A stretch of 55,247 nucleotides of DNA from Catajapyx aquilonaris (Eukaryota), in NCBI GenBank assembly GCA_000934665.2, contig KZ538662.1:1-55247 (forward strand), in the 5' to 3' direction. This document shows, in pieces, positions 1 through 12,812 of the stretch (position 1 is its first letter; each line of letters begins with the position of its first letter). Position numbers and translations under genes: made by a program. Under the pieces are notes generated by a model, which worked only from the letters and a program-made list of their open reading frames with translations, did not search any database and was not told where the DNA came from.

Positions 1-645
1 TGTACTGTTTTTGTCAGTATGTCTGAACGATGGGCTTTCTACAAGTCTATGGACGGATTTGTAATTAACAATACCGTGCCACCTCCCAGTCGGTACTGTA
101 CATGAATCGGTATATCGGTCCTATAATTATATTGGACACAAACCTAATTGAGTTTTTAGTTATTGCGTTAGTTCTTCGTTTGATAATAAATGCAGTACAA
201 TAGTTTTAAAATCCAGCAAAAATTATTCAGGCATTGCGTTTGTTGAGATCTTAATTAATATGTTTAATAAAAATGTTTAAAATACAGCCTATACCAGGGA
301 GCATATACTACATAAGAGGCGCAAACATTCGATTTCCGCGTCTCTCTGTTTGGGGCGTTGCCAAGGCTGGCGGCCATTTTGAAGTGTGGGCAACGCCAAC
401 GAGGTATAAATAGGGTACAGGCAAAAATAGGTTCCGTCATCTTTGATTCGCGCGTGTTCTTGCCGTGTAGTTGCCATGGCCGCCAAAACCATCAAAAATG
501 GCGGACCCTATTTTTACCTGTACCTTATTTATACCTCGTTGGCGTTTCCCACACTTCAAAATGGCCGCCAGCCTTGGCAACGGCCCCAAACAGAGTGACG
601 CGGACATCAAAGGCGCCGACAGCAGTTTGCGCCTCTTATGTAGTA

Positions 646-932
646 CTAGCTGCGGCACCCGGCGTTGCCCGGGAAGAAATGAATGAAGGGAAAACACCTG
701 CCAGTAGCCCCGTCAACAGTCTGTCTTTCTGTGTGTCCGCCCACCAATGCCATCTGTGGTCCTGCTACTCCAACTCCTTCAACCTCTCCCGCCTGTATAA
801 CGGCAACCCTCATTTGCCTGCCATCTGTAGTCAACCCCTAACACCTCCATCCTCTCCCGGCCTGGGGGTGGAGCACAGATGGCAGGCATATGACGGTTGG
901 CAGGCGGACAGACAGACAGACTCACAAACGGC

Positions 933-1006
<74 letters not shown>
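646..1006 (-). mobile_element. Non-autonomous Helitron-like element
   Basis: On the minus strand it starts in a (TATC)n tract, carries (GTCT)n, and ends with the hairpin cccgggcaacgccggg followed by CTAG|T. Same family as 2570-2837 and 9730-9988. Confidence 0.65.
934..1006. repeat. (GATA)n microsatellite
   Basis: Perfect tagatagata run, directly visible. Confidence 0.98.
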
Positions 1007-1152
1007 TGCTCCCTGACTATACTGTAATTCATGTACCAAATCCAGGGGGTGGTATTTTATGATCAACAAATACCGTCTACACTCTACACTGCTGACTTTT
1101 AGACAGTCCATAGTTCATATGTACTGACTTGAAAATAGTACTTCACGATGTA

Positions 1153-1308
1153 CTATCTGTTCCAAAAGCTTTTGGCTACTTCGTCCTGACTTTTTCGTTC
1201 ATCCTGGGCTTGAAGAAGCCCGCTGTACACACACAGAGGGGCTTCGCCTTGGGGAGTATGTGAAACGGGTTGCAGGACGAAGTGGCCAAAAGTTTTTGGA
1301 ACAGATAG
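1153..1308. mobile_element. Tc1/mariner-type MITE
   Basis: ~36-bp imperfect TIRs ctatctgttccaaaagcttttggctacttcgtcctg / caggacgaagtggccaaaagtttttggaacagatag, flanked by TA at 1151-1152 and 1309-1310. Confidence 0.75.
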
Positions 1309-1962
1309 TACCTATATGCATAGTGGGCTAGTGGCGTGTTCCAGGATGAAAAAAAACTCCAGGTGGAATATTGGTATGTTTTGATTTGCTGACCATGTTG
1401 ATGGCCATAACATCGTTAACCGAAAATCGCGACATCGCAATTAAAATTACTAGAAAAAAAACCTAGGTGCATGTACCCCTTAGGCATTTCTGCAATAATG
1501 CACACGTTTTCCGTTAATTCACCCGATTCGAACTGACTAGCGTAGAGAAAATGACAAAAGCCCGAGCCGTAGAAGCGCGAGCATATAGAATCCCCTCCCC
1601 TCTGTCCGTCCTCCCCCACACCATCCCTTCCTTTTAATTGGTTGCTCAAACATCATAAAGCACAGCGAATATTCGGAGGCAGCTCAGCGTGCAAAACTAG
1701 GAGACGCGGACTCTTGAAGCACTACGACTCAACAGGCACATGAATTCTCATTACAACAAGAAGTAAGAGAGGGAGAGGAATTCACCGGGAATTCCCCCTC
1801 CCCCCCCTCCCCCCTCTCATGATGTTGGGGAGGCGCAAATTCCCGAGATTGGATTCTTGTTGCTTTTGTCCGCAATTCAACACGTTTCACAGGAGTCCTT
1901 CGGTGTTGAGCTGAAAGGCATAGGGGGTAATCTGGCGTGAAGACGCCCCCCCCCCCCCCCCC

Positions 1963-2338
1963 NNNNNNNNNNNNNNNNNNNNNNNNNNNNNNNNNNNNNN
2001 NNNNNNNNNNNNNNNNNNNNNNNNNNNNNNNNNNNNNNNNNNNNNNNNNNNNNNNNNNNNNNNNNNNNNNNNNNNNNNNNNNNNNNNNNNNNNNNNNNNN
2101 NNNNNNNNNNNNNNNNNNNNNNNNNNNNNNNNNNNNNNNNNNNNNNNNNNNNNNNNNNNNNNNNNNNNNNNNNNNNNNNNNNNNNNNNNNNNNNNNNNNN
2201 NNNNNNNNNNNNNNNNNNNNNNNNNNNNNNNNNNNNNNNNNNNNNNNNNNNNNNNNNNNNNNNNNNNNNNNNNNNNNNNNNNNNNNNNNNNNNNNNNNNN
2301 NNNNNNNNNNNNNNNNNNNNNNNNNNNNNNNNNNNNNN
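1963..2338. other. Assembly gap (N run)
   Basis: N run flanked by poly-C and poly-G. Confidence 1.
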
Positions 2339-2559
2339 GGGGGGACTAATTTTCGAATGTGGGTAGATAGATCAATAAGTGAAGTAATTTTGGGGGTTTG
2401 TTAATTTGATGTAATTAAATTGGTTGTGTACTAAATAAGGCCACTTTTGCTTACGAAAAGGCTGCTATACTTACGGTTTATAGTGATCTCTGTTAGTAGC
2501 ATCATTAAGCAAAGAGTGTTCGTTGGGTTGCATCATGCCAGGATAAAACAATGTTCAGA

Positions 2560-3162
2560 CAGGCAGCATATCTAAAAGCCGTTTGTGAATCTGTCTGTCT
2601 GTCCGCCTGGCAACCGTCATTTGCCTGTCATCTGTGCTCCACCCCCAGGCCGGGAGAGGATGGAGGTGTTGGGGGTTGACTACAGATGGCAGGCAAATGA
2701 GGGTTGCCGTTATACAGGCGGGAGAGGTTGAAGGTGGAGTAGCAGGACCACAGACAGACAGTTGACGGGGCTACTGGCAGGTGTTTTCCCTTCATTCATT
2801 TCTTCCCGGGCAACGCCGCGCCGGGTGCCGCAGCTAGTACTACATAAGAGGCGCAAACTTCGGTCCGCGTCTCTGTGTTTGGGGCCGTTGCCAAGGTTGG
2901 CGGCCATTTTGAAACGGAGGCAACGCCAACGAGGTATAGCTCACACGGCAAAAATATTCGAATTCGCGCGTGTTCTTGCCGTGAAGAGGTGAAGTGCCAT
3001 GTCCGCCAAAACTATCAAAGATGGCGAACCTTTACGGCCTGCTGTACCCTATTTATACCTCATTGGCGTTGCCCCCGTTTCCAAATGGCCGCCAGCCTTG
3101 CCAACGGCCCAAACAGAGAGACGGGCGAATCGAATGTTTGCGCCTCTTATATATGCTCTCTG
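2560..3162. mobile_element. Composite transposon copy 2 (inverted relative to 295-1015): Helitron-like part 2570-2837 plus foldback MITE 2838-3150
   Basis: Reverse-complement homology to 295-1015. Termini caggcagcatat / atatgctctctg; Helitron 3' end gccgcagCTAGt at 2834-2837. Confidence 0.65.
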
Positions 3163-3177
3163 GTCCAAATGGAAAGT

Positions 3178-3416
3178 TGTTTGTTTGTTTGTTTGCGTGT
3201 TTGTTTGTGCCAAAGGCTATATGGAATTCGTATAGTGGGTTTTTTGGTAGTGGGAGGAAACGGGAGAATCCCGAGAAAACCCACGTAAACAGGGCGAGAA
3301 CCCATAGAAACTCTTTCCACATATTAAGTGTCCTCCATCTGACCCGGGGATCGAACTCGGGACATTCTAGAGGTGGAAGGCTGCGGCGTTAGCCACTACA
3401 CCACCGTGTCGCCCCC
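3178..3416 (-). mobile_element. tRNA-derived SINE, V-SINE-like
   Basis: Minus strand has an A box (ggtggtgtagtgg), a B box (gagttcgatccc), a central tgtggaaagagttt...cgtgggttttctcggga...gtttcctccca segment resembling the V-domain (from recall), and a (CAAA)n tail. Confidence 0.7.
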
Positions 3417-3658
3417 AGTTGGAAAATGATACAGTACTACCATCTTATGGCTTATAATGTAACTGATCTTTCTAGAGGTAAATTCAGTTATAACAGACTT
3501 CAAGGGACCGAATAAATCAGCCTGTTATAATGGTCTGTTATAGCCGCATTCGCAAGCAATGTATAGAAGTATGCCTGGACCGGCTGTTCGAGTCTGGTAT
3601 AACCGAAAGTCTGTTATAGACGGATTTAACTGTTATTACCAATACCAGTGATGAACCG

Positions 3659-3850
3659 AAGCAGTAGTGGTGGAGTGGATATGGTATCCGACTGCTAATC
3701 GGGAGGTCCTGGGTTCGAGTCCCGGAAGCCTGCCGTCCTGACCTTGGTTTTCTGTGGTTTTCCAAGGTCGGCCCAGGAAATATTCTCGGGATCGTACCGT
3801 AAAAATAGGCCTCAGCCTCTTCCTTCCGTTCCTATCCTTGTCCTGTCCTT
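3659..3850 (+). mobile_element. tRNA-derived SINE
   Basis: A box gtggtggagtgg and B box gggttcgagtccc, followed by a ggttttctgtggttttcc...aggcc...ttccttcc body typical of arthropod SINEs. Confidence 0.65.
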
Positions 3851-5144
3851 GAGAAGGTGCGGTGTCGGTGGGGACTTCTGACCCGCATCTAGGGGTTCAT
3901 CTTGGCGAACGGGCCCCCTGAGGGACTGCACACGACCCCCAACTTGAGACATTGCACCTGCACCAGTGTCCCCCCCCCCCCATCATTATCCTTATTATCC
4001 TGTCCCCATGCACCGGGGGAAAGACTATAGATAATTACAAATTAAAATTCAAAATAATAAATGAAATCACATGAATTTGTGCCATTATGCTACACTATGT
4101 ACATCGTTTGATATATCACTTCCACATTATTCAATAGAGTAGGGAAAGAAGAATTTGAGGATTAATTACTACCTCGTGCCTTCATGTCCTGGCTTGAAAC
4201 ATCCATAAATACTCCATGCAAGGAGATGAATAACCCGTGATCGAATTACAGGAAATAAATTAAGCACGTGGCTTGTCAGATACAAACCATGTATCAAACT
4301 CAAACCGAATTAAAGTCTGATTCTACAAAAACCCCAAAACTCAAAAGAACTGGTCATATGAACAATCATTGTCTGAAAATCATTATGGAAAGTCATTTTC
4401 CACTCCTATGCTTTTACATCATCTTCGATTTACGCCTGGTTTCCCCCATTTTCCTTCTTCCCCCCAACCCTCAATTAATTTTCTTAAAACTTAGTGTAAC
4501 AAGGAACATATGTTCCTCCAGACATTTTTTTTCTCCCCCACCCTCGTTCCCTTGTCTGGGTTGTAGAAGGGGGAGAGAAATTCAGATGGGTTCATTATTA
4601 AGATTGGGTTGGGAGAGTAACTTAACACGGGCCTGTTATAGATATGCTTACTATTTCATGTCTGTTCCTCGCAGTTTTGGCGTAATGGCCCCCCATAAGA
4701 TTAGATATAGTGTCAACTCTATGGAGGGGTCAGTCGCTTCTCGAGATGTTCAGGAGGAATCTACAGAAGGAGAGGACCAACATTTCATGGGTGATAGTGA
4801 CTCAAAATATTTCACGGGTGACGGTGACTCGAAATATTTCATGGGTGATAGTGGCTCAAAATATGTACCCTGATGCGACTAACGACACTTTTTTGAACTT
4901 TGACCCCGGCTAATGACCCCGGTAATGGCCCTAGTAGTTGTTTATCTATCTAAAGTTTGAAACTGTAGTGAGCGGAGTGTAAATCTTGTTTCCGATTTGA
5001 AATCGATTAACCCGATCGCGAGTTATGAAGTCGGGAAAATAGCATTGGGATCGTACCGATTCCCTACTATTCGTTTCACGCGCGCCGGATGGCCCGCGAA
5101 GCCGGCCAACCGGTAGGTGGAGCGGCAGGGAGGAAGAATAGAAA

Positions 5145-5875
5145 AAACGGCATATAGAAATGGTATGTCCGTCCGTCAGTCCGTGAACAAGTATCAGGGC
5201 CTAAGCCATACGAGATAACGACAAACGAGTTTCAGATTCGGATTCACCATGGCGGAAATAGGTTACTAGCAACTTTGGGTGATAGACCACTTTCGGTTTT
5301 CCGGAAAATTCCGGAAAATGAGAAAAAGTCTACTCGAATCACGCTCGTTTATAGGACAAACATTTCTACAAATTCTGCTATATCTCATTTTAGATATATT
5401 CTCTTCAAAAAAACAGCATATAAAAGAGTCCGTCCGTCAGTCCGTGAACAAGCATTAGGCCTAAACCGTATGAGATAACGACAAACGGGTTTCAGATTCG
5501 GTTTCATCCTGGTCGAAATAGGTTTGGCTACATGCCAATTTTTGGCGACCTGCCACTTCCGGTGTTCCAGTCAATTCCAATATATGAAAAAAGTCTAATC
5601 GAATCACTCTCGTGTACATATTCATATGACAAACATTTATAAAACTTCATTAAACATAAGTAACGACTTTCAATAAAAATTATTGTGGTAGGCCTATACA
5701 GACCCCCAAATGTATGCCAGGCCATATATCATTGTCGACATATTCTCTTCAAAAATGACGTATAGAATGACTCTGTCCGTCCGTCGGTGCGTGAACAAGC
5801 ATCAAGACCTAAACCGAATTAGATAGCGACAAACGGTTTTCAGATTCAGATTCAGCATGGTCGTAACAGGTTTCA
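5145..5875. repeat. Three diverged direct repeats, DINE-1/Helentron-like non-autonomous element
   Basis: The unit gtccgtccgtcagtccgtgaacaag...cctaaacc...gagataacgacaaacg...tttcagattc recurs at ~5167, ~5428 and ~5776. Confidence 0.6.
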
Positions 5876-5878
5876 GGT

Positions 5879-6105
5879 GGGAGGCATGGTGGTCTGGTGG
5901 TTACGCCACTGGCCAGCCAAGCGGGAGGCCGGGGTTTAAATCCCGTCCCCGTCACCTGTGCTTTTTCCGCTTTTCACCAGACATGCAGGGCAGAATAGCA
6001 CTCCCTATTCTGCCCAGGGCCAGGAGAAAAGGCCTGGTGTTTAAAGAATGTCAGAAATCACTACCGGACAGCGCCCTCCTTTGGGAACCTCCCCTTCCCC
6101 CCTAA
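5879..6105 (+). mobile_element. tRNA-derived SINE (family also at 20677)
   Basis: A box atggtggtctggtgg and degenerate B box ggtttaaatccc. The body is colinear with 20677-20930. Confidence 0.75.
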
Positions 6106-6354
6106 AAGGGCGCCGCCCTATTATTGGGTATTTTTTTATTTTAAAAAAAGTTTCGGGTCAACTTTCGGTGACCGGCCACTTCCTGTAAATTCCGGTACCG
6201 GTAAATGAGAAAAGGTCTACTCGAATCATGCTTGTGTTATTTGCCATTGCCCAGGTTTTTACGAGGGGTTAGTTACTTGATACTATAGTATGCGATGGAC
6301 ATGTGATATGTTGTAAGTTATGTAATATTATGTTATGTTATATGTTTTGTTACA

Positions 6355-7178
6355 TAGGGAGAGAGTCGCCAGCTTCTGACGTCTCAGCTGACTACTCCAT
6401 CCAATAGGCGTCGACCGTGACGTCAAAACCGGCCACTTTTTACGTAGCTACGCAAGGTGGGGGCTTCCATAATAATGGAAGCAACCATGTTGCGTAGCTA
6501 CGTAAAAAGTGGCCGGCGGGAGAGAGTCGCCAACTTCTGACGTCTCATTGTGTCTGATTGGCTGGAGTAGTACATGCTTTGTGGTAGGGCTGTGCGATAT
6601 TTCGATACATCGACTGTCGATGCGATATTTTCCTAATATCGAAGTTGCGATATCCGACGCTTGGCATGTGTGATGTATCGAATATCGCGATGTCGGTTCA
6701 ATGTCGGCTTTCGATTTTTTTCGATGTCGGTTCGATGTCGGTTTTCGATATTTTTCGATGTCGGGTTTCGATATTTTTCGATGTCGGGTTTCGATATTTT
6801 TCGATGTCGGTACGATGTCGGTTTTTCGATTTTCGATATATCGACTTCGATTCGATATTTTTAAGTAGCCTATCGAAAGTCGATATGCAATTTCGGATAT
6901 CACACAGCCCTACTTTTTGGCCAACCAGAGTCTCCAGCTTTTGACGTCTCAGCTGACTACTCCAGCCAATAGAAGTCGACCGTGACGTCAAAGCCGGCCA
7001 CTTTTTACGTAGCTACGGAAGATGGGGGCTTCCGTAGCTACGTAAAAAGTGGCCGTCTCTGACGGAAGCCCCATCTTACGTAGCTAGTGGCCGGCTTTGA
7101 CGTCACTACTTGACATTGACTACTCCAGTCAATCAGACACAATGAGACGTCAGAAGTTGGCTACTATAGCCTCTCTAG
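6355..7178. repeat. Foldback/palindromic repeat element, interrupted by a hAT MITE
   Basis: Repeated and inverted modules gccactttttacgtagctacg / cgtagctacgtaaaaagtggcc and ttctgacgtctca / tgagacgtcagaa on both sides of 6585-6912. Confidence 0.65.
6585..6912. mobile_element. hAT-superfamily MITE with subterminal tandem repeats
   Basis: TIRs tagggctgtgcgatat / atatcacacagcccta, 8-bp TSD ctttgtgg (6577-6584) / ctttttgg (6913-6920), and internal ~22-bp tcgatgtcgggtttcgatattt repeats. Confidence 0.85.
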
Positions 7179-8080
7179 GAACTTCAATAAAATTTGTAGT
7201 ACCATGCCAAATGTATGCCAAATTTTTTTCGAGTTTCTGTATTTTTTCGGGGAAAAAACTTTTGGTGCATATATGATTTCATTAGTGAAGAAATCTCAAA
7301 TTTAGCCCGCTTCTTAACGAGATGCAGCCAGCTCCCCATTCTAACTAAATATTTTGCTTCATTTCCAGATAAAATTTTCCCTCCCCTTTTTTCCCTCCCC
7401 TTTCCCCGCCTCTCCCTACTATCACATTTGGGATTCTAATCTAGTCCTTCCCTTATAAGTGCGGATTGTATCATTGAGCTTTCGCCGCTTCGAATTTTAA
7501 TTCCACCACCATTTTTAATTGTCAACTCAGTCAGTCCCAAAATGTTTCCATATTCAAGCTAGCTATAGCCATCAAAAAAAGTCACTCGAGATTTTTAGCC
7601 ATTCGAATGAAATATCGAGCTTCTTGGTATGGTATATACGAAAAGAGGGTGTGGATAAAAAATGGCGATGAACGAAGATTAAAAACTTTTAAAATTTGCA
7701 GACGGATCCCTTAGGATAAGGTGGTTGTTGGAAGATGTGAAAGAGAATTCTCTAATTAAGGCAAGGGGGTGGAGAGAGAACTGGGGGGGAAAAAAGTTCG
7801 CATTTATTTCCATTCCAACTCTCCAACTCCAGCCATTTTTAATCCGGTCCCATTTTATTGGTTGAAAAATGACCCCCGAGGAGAGGAAGGCGAGGAATAG
7901 GGGGAAAGATGCCTTGAGCAACACTTTTTTTTGGGGGTCTAACTTTTTTTAATGGCTATCATTACGTGTTGTTGGTTTGTTAGAAGCCATCAGAAGACCG
8001 GTAGATTCCTCTGCCCAATTATTGGCGATCATCCTTGCATGATACACGGCGAAAAAGAAAACTCAAATTACCTATATTAA

Positions 8081-8491
8081 AGGGACACGCCACTCAAAAA
8101 ACACGTTTGTCTCTAAAAATCGGGCAAAAAATCCTGAATCCGAAGGTGCAATCCGTTTTTCGCTACGAGGAACGGTAATCCCAGGGCAAGCGGTCAAATT
8201 GGGGAAATTCAAATAGTGCGCTAGATGATGGCCGTCCGCCAGCGACATCCTCAGGACCTTGGGAACTGGAGGGCTGCTCCCGCCTGTCCGCGCGCTTAGG
8301 CCCATTCCAGAGCGGTGCAGCCCTCCAGTTCCCCTGTTCCCCGCGTGGCGGCGCCGCTCATTAGCAGACGACACACTTTGACACCTCGCCTTGGGACCGT
8401 TCCGCGTAGCGAAAAACGGATTGCACCTTCGGATTCAGGATTTTTTGCCCGATTTTTAGAGCCAAACTTGTTTTTTGAGTGGAGTGTCTCT
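8081..8491. mobile_element. Kolobok-like MITE
   Basis: ~95-bp TIRs (8081-8177 / 8397-8491) beginning with AG, and TTAA on both sides (8077-8080, 8492-8495). Purine-purine ends with a TTAA TSD fit Kolobok rather than piggyBac. Confidence 0.75.
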
Positions 8492-8507
8492 TTAAAATTT
8501 ATATTAA

Positions 8508-8790
8508 CTAGCAGGATACCCGCCGTTGCTCGGGTTATGAAATACTTTTCCATACGAGTAACTATTGATGTAACAGCGTCAACAATGACCGCATTTCCAT
8601 GGAGTAACAATAAAAGGTAGGCCTACTTTTCTGCCTTTTCGCCTCCTGCGGCCAAGGATGACCTCGGAGGTCAAGTCCAATGTGCTAAAAACCTTCCCCG
8701 CTAAAAACTACCCCTAATGATCACCCTGGGGCATATGTCAAAGCCTCTATATTGATTTGCATCGGGAACATACAGGCATACGTCTGTGTA
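8508..8790 (-). mobile_element. Non-autonomous Helitron-like fragment
   Basis: a|ctagcaggatacccgccgttgctcggg is a 3' hairpin plus CTAG end on the minus strand, with the same architecture as 50524 and 53671. The 5' limit is uncertain. Confidence 0.5.
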
Positions 8791-9338
8791 TGACCTACAG
8801 CATTGGGAGGGGTGTCAAAATTTTGCACGCGTTTTCTAGATTTGCAAACCACTTTTGCTTTTTGGAAAAAGTGCCGAGGGACTTTGTCAACGCAAAAAAC
8901 CGAAAAAAACTCGTCGACTAGTGCTCCACGGAATTACCAATTCTGCCGCTCAGGTAGATGGCTCTGCCCAATTATTGGCAATCCACCCAATGTGCTTTTC
9001 ATCCTTGCATGATGCAACCCACATTACACTGTGAAAAAACTGTGTGGACAAAGCCAGAAAACTACTTCAAATCCCATTAAAATTTAATGTAATTGCACAA
9101 TATAACTAATACGGGCTGATATTATTTAAAATATTAATAATTCAAATTTAATTGTGGCCCATATTATTAACTTCATTTTCAAATGAGCTTACAGTCGTTC
9201 CTGGCTATATCTACATAATGTAGTTACGTACTGTATGTGCATATCTGATGATATATTAGCGGACTTAGGCTCAACAATAGGAATATGGGTTTTTACTACA
9301 ATAGGGTTTATCACGGGCTAAGCAAATAAATAAATCTG

Positions 9339-9640
9339 ACATAATAAAGCAGAAAGTTTGTATGTCTGGGCTATCTAATCCACTTTCTGACTACTGAGAG
9401 TTCTGAAACTTGACTACGTGCCGATGATTGAGGAAATGTACGAAAACTGCACTTTTTGGGTCACGGCCTGGTATAAATAAATAAACAAATTCTTACATAA
9501 TAAATCAGAAAGTTTGTCTGTATGTCCGGCCTACCTAACCCACTTTCAGACTACTGAAAGTGCTGAAACTTTCCTCACCGATAGCTTACGTGCCGATGAT
9601 TGAGAGAAAAGTCCGAAAACTCCACTTTTTTGATTCAAAA
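9339..9640. repeat. Two diverged direct repeats (~156 bp)
   Basis: acataataaa(g/t)cagaaagtttgt...ccactttc.gactactga.agt.ctgaaactt at 9339 and 9495. Confidence 0.7.
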
Positions 9641-9729
9641 CTCCTTGACCACCGGATAAACAAACAAACAAACAAGCCAATCAGTAAAGTATGTGATCAA
9701 ATAAATAAATAAATAAACAAGCAAATAAA

Positions 9730-9988
9730 TCTATATAAATAAAGCCGTTTGTGAGTCTGTCTGTCTGTCCGCTGCCAACCGGTGTTGGGGGCTGACTACA
9801 GATGGCAGGAAAATGACGGTTGACGTTATACAGGCGGGAGAGGTTGAAGGTGTTGGAGTAGCAGGACCACAGATGGCATTGGTGGGCGGACACACAGAAA
9901 GACAGACAGTTGACGGGGCTACTGGCAGGTGTTTTCCCTTCATTCATTTCTTCCCGGGCAACGCCGCCGCGCAGGGGGCCGCAGCAAG
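9730..9988 (+). mobile_element. Non-autonomous Helitron-like element (same family as 646-1006 and 2570-2837)
   Basis: a|TC start (aaatctatata), (GTCT)n, GC-rich 3' hairpin region and CAAG|t end. Near-identical core to the other copies. Confidence 0.7.
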
Positions 9989-9989
9989 T

Positions 9990-10250
9990 AAATAATAAAT
10001 AAATAAATAAGAAAATAAATAAATAATAAATAAATCATTCACCCAGTAAAGTAAGTGATCAAATAAATTAATAAATTCATAATCAAATTAATTAATTAAT
10101 AATTCGCCCAGTGAAGTAAGTGATCAAATAAATTAATAAATTAATAATCAAATAAATAAATAAATAATTCACCCAGTGAAGTAAGTGATCAAATAAATTA
10201 ATTCATAAATAATCAAATAAATAATTAAATAATTAAATAATTAAATAAAC
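9990..10250. repeat. AT-rich minisatellite (~66-bp unit)
   Basis: attcacccagt(a/g)aagtaagtgatcaaataaatta occurs 3 times within (TAAA)n. Confidence 0.8.
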
Positions 10251-12812
10251 TTGACTTTTGATTGATTCTGACTTTGAAAATGATACTTTCATATCAGCAT
10301 ACACATACAAATACCCTATATCAATCCCTGTTCAAAATCTCGGGTATCCTAATTGAATAAATAGCTTCCCAGCATTGTTGCTGACACTAATGGCTTCCGA
10401 GGGAATGTCCTTGCTCCCATCTGATTTGTCATCACAAAATGTAGCCCTCAGCATATTACTCTCAACATGTCCACGTTTGATTACATCGCCTTCGTATAAA
10501 CATGGTCGTAAAAAATGGTGGATCTGCTGACTGTCAACCATATACTCTTTTTACACCAAAAAAGGGGTATGGGTTTTATTCTCACCCTAACACCCCAATA
10601 GCATATGACAACCTGGGGGGGTGTCCTGCTTCATGTGCTGCTGACTCCTCCAGAACCTGGTTTTTAATTCTTAATCCATATATAGTATCTGCCTAAAATT
10701 CCGTTGGGGTCCATCATCCATCAGGCCATCATCCATGGGATTCTCGTGCGACTTGGCACATTAGGCAAATCGAATCAAGTCAGCCAATCCCCCCGCATCA
10801 TCTCCCCACTTGGCCGGTTGCAAGGCTCCATAAATCAAACCGGTACTGACCAAAATCGAATCAGCGTCTACCATTTGAATCCTAATGCGTGTTTGTACAT
10901 GAAGATCCCGCCTGGACAATAGAATTAGTCTCGTCCACACCGGTATCCCCAACACCCCCAACACCTGACAACGGATGGCTTCACGTGTTATAATATAGGA
11001 TAGGTTTTTACCTGGGTCTGGAACTGATTTGGGTAAGTGCAGGACCGGGATTATCTACTTAATCAAGTATTTGGGGGGGGGGGGGTGATTAATAATTTCA
11101 AAATTGTAAAGGTGGCAAAACCAATAAAATAATTTTTTAAAATATTTAATTGGCTAAATGAGCCTTGATTTGCTCTAATTAGGACTGCCTTATCTGAATG
11201 TGACCCACTCCGGATCACTCTCCGTTGATAGGACGATTAATAGTTCGGAGAACCTTGCATAATATCAATTTTTCAGTGAAGTAAGCATATGTATGGCATC
11301 TTGTCGGATTAATCGCTCTCAGTTATCGCAGTGTGGGATCCGGTGTGGGTGGCATTAGAAATTTGGATATTTTGTAAGATTTGTGGCTTAAAAGACAGTG
11401 TTAACGTTATGAAATTAATGACTTTTCAATGAATTGAATCACAAATGATCGCGAAAAGTATATTTTGAAACCATGAAGGTTAAGTCACTATTTTACTATT
11501 TCAAAATTCTTATTATTCCAATGGCAAAATTGTTCAAAAAAATTGTCAAAAAAATTGACGCGGGATTTCAGAAAATTCATTTTTCAACATTAAAAACGGC
11601 AAAACACTGCCTGTTCAGTGAATGAATTAACGAATTAATTAATTAATTAACGAAACTTCAATATAGGTCAAGATTAATGTAAGTTCGCTGTTCAATCGCT
11701 AGCATTCAATTCAATGAAACATTTGATAAAAATCGCTTAGATTTAAATCAAGTTCGGCTAATTTTAAAATAAGGAGTTTCACTATCGCTTCCTTCATCAC
11801 CCTGTATATGAACTTAGATTTCTTCCAGATTATCGCCAAAATTTACCTGTCTTTCATTATTCAATTGAATGTCAATACGCAATTGAATGATCATTGCGAA
11901 TCATATTCTAAAAGAAGTATACAAAACTTTCACAATCACTTTGTCCGTTATTCTTTGTTGGCGAAACTTTAACAATGCCTCAATAATTCCTGTCCTTGTT
12001 AAGACTTGCACTATTAACGTCTATCTCATTCTATCAGACTTCTTTACAACTTTCGACGAATTCGCAACCTTCCGCGCGACCCGAAATTCCGCCGCGCTAT
12101 TCAAACGGTCACCCAACATTGCCCCATTTGAACCTTCACCTTTCCCCGTCGGCGGGAAATTCGCACAAGATCGATTCCCCATGTGTTAATCATGCATCAC
12201 CCCCCGACGTACCTTCTGACCGTTGGAGAAAATCCGTTGGAAAAGTCCGTTGAGACGCCCTGACGTCAGGCGATGACCGTTAGTCCCAGCCCAAAGTGTC
12301 TCCCCGATGACTTTCTTGCCGACGAAGAACGTCGACGACAACTAACGGTGTTCTCCCCTCATCCTCTCTCCCACCTTCTCCCCCCTCCCTATCCACCCTG
12401 CTCTCCCCCACCCCCTTCCTCCCCCCAGTCTCCCTGGGCGGCAGGGGCGACGGAGCTCAAACGAGATAATAATCGGTTTCGTGGAGATGATCCCGCCAAT
12501 CTGCGCAGATCACGCAGGCGATTCAATTACTGGTGCTCGGGGGCTGCAGCGTAACATGCGGTTTGAGCCGGCGCCGCACTACAGAGAGAATATGTCATCC
12601 CATCATTTCGAGACTTTCAGAACCCCCTCGAGGTTTTATTCCACCATTTTTCATCCAAATTGCGAAAAAATCCAGATATTGGGAAAATTCGACGATTGTA
12701 GATCTGATTTGAGGTAGTGCTAATCATATGGTGGAGGATTGGGAAAGAGTGTTGAGCAAGGTCTGTAGTGGTCAATAGTGTGTGGAAACATACATTCTTA
12801 GCCACCTATAGG

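Larger units (their letters stand above)
295..1015. mobile_element. Composite non-autonomous DNA transposon (hAT-like outer TIRs) enclosing a foldback MITE and a Helitron-type element; copy 1
   Basis: Outer inverted repeats cagggagcatat (295) and atatgctccctg (ends 1015), with flanks gcctatac / gactatac resembling an 8-bp TSD. Inner foldback tactacataagaggcgcaaac...gtttgcgcctcttatgtagta at ~307-645. A homologous copy lies inverted at 2560-3162. Confidence 0.6.

Noticed and set aside
289..939. ORFs of 62-193 aa, and similar ORFs at 2710-3392 and 9681-9995
   Set aside because: They lie in repeated non-autonomous elements and their frames are not conserved between copies.
1937..2404. 155-aa ORF
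   Set aside because: Artefact of translating through the N gap.
3659..3730. Possible tRNA genes here and at 3345-3416, 5879, 20677, 34275 and 42764
   Set aside because: A/B boxes are present but there is no clean cloverleaf, and each continues into a SINE body.
3860..3935. HDV-like ribozyme suggested by ggcgaacgggcc
   Set aside because: There is not enough sequence for P3/L3/P1.1/P4 between the candidate P2 strands.
4268..4873. 201-aa ORF with a short GDSDSKYF repeat
   Set aside because: No recognisable domain or splice context. The repeat is a 27-bp triplication in repeat-rich DNA.
6448..6991. Repetitive ORFs and a CRISPR-like look of tcgatgtcgg repeats
   Set aside because: These are subterminal repeats of a hAT MITE, with no unique spacers, no cas genes and a eukaryotic context.
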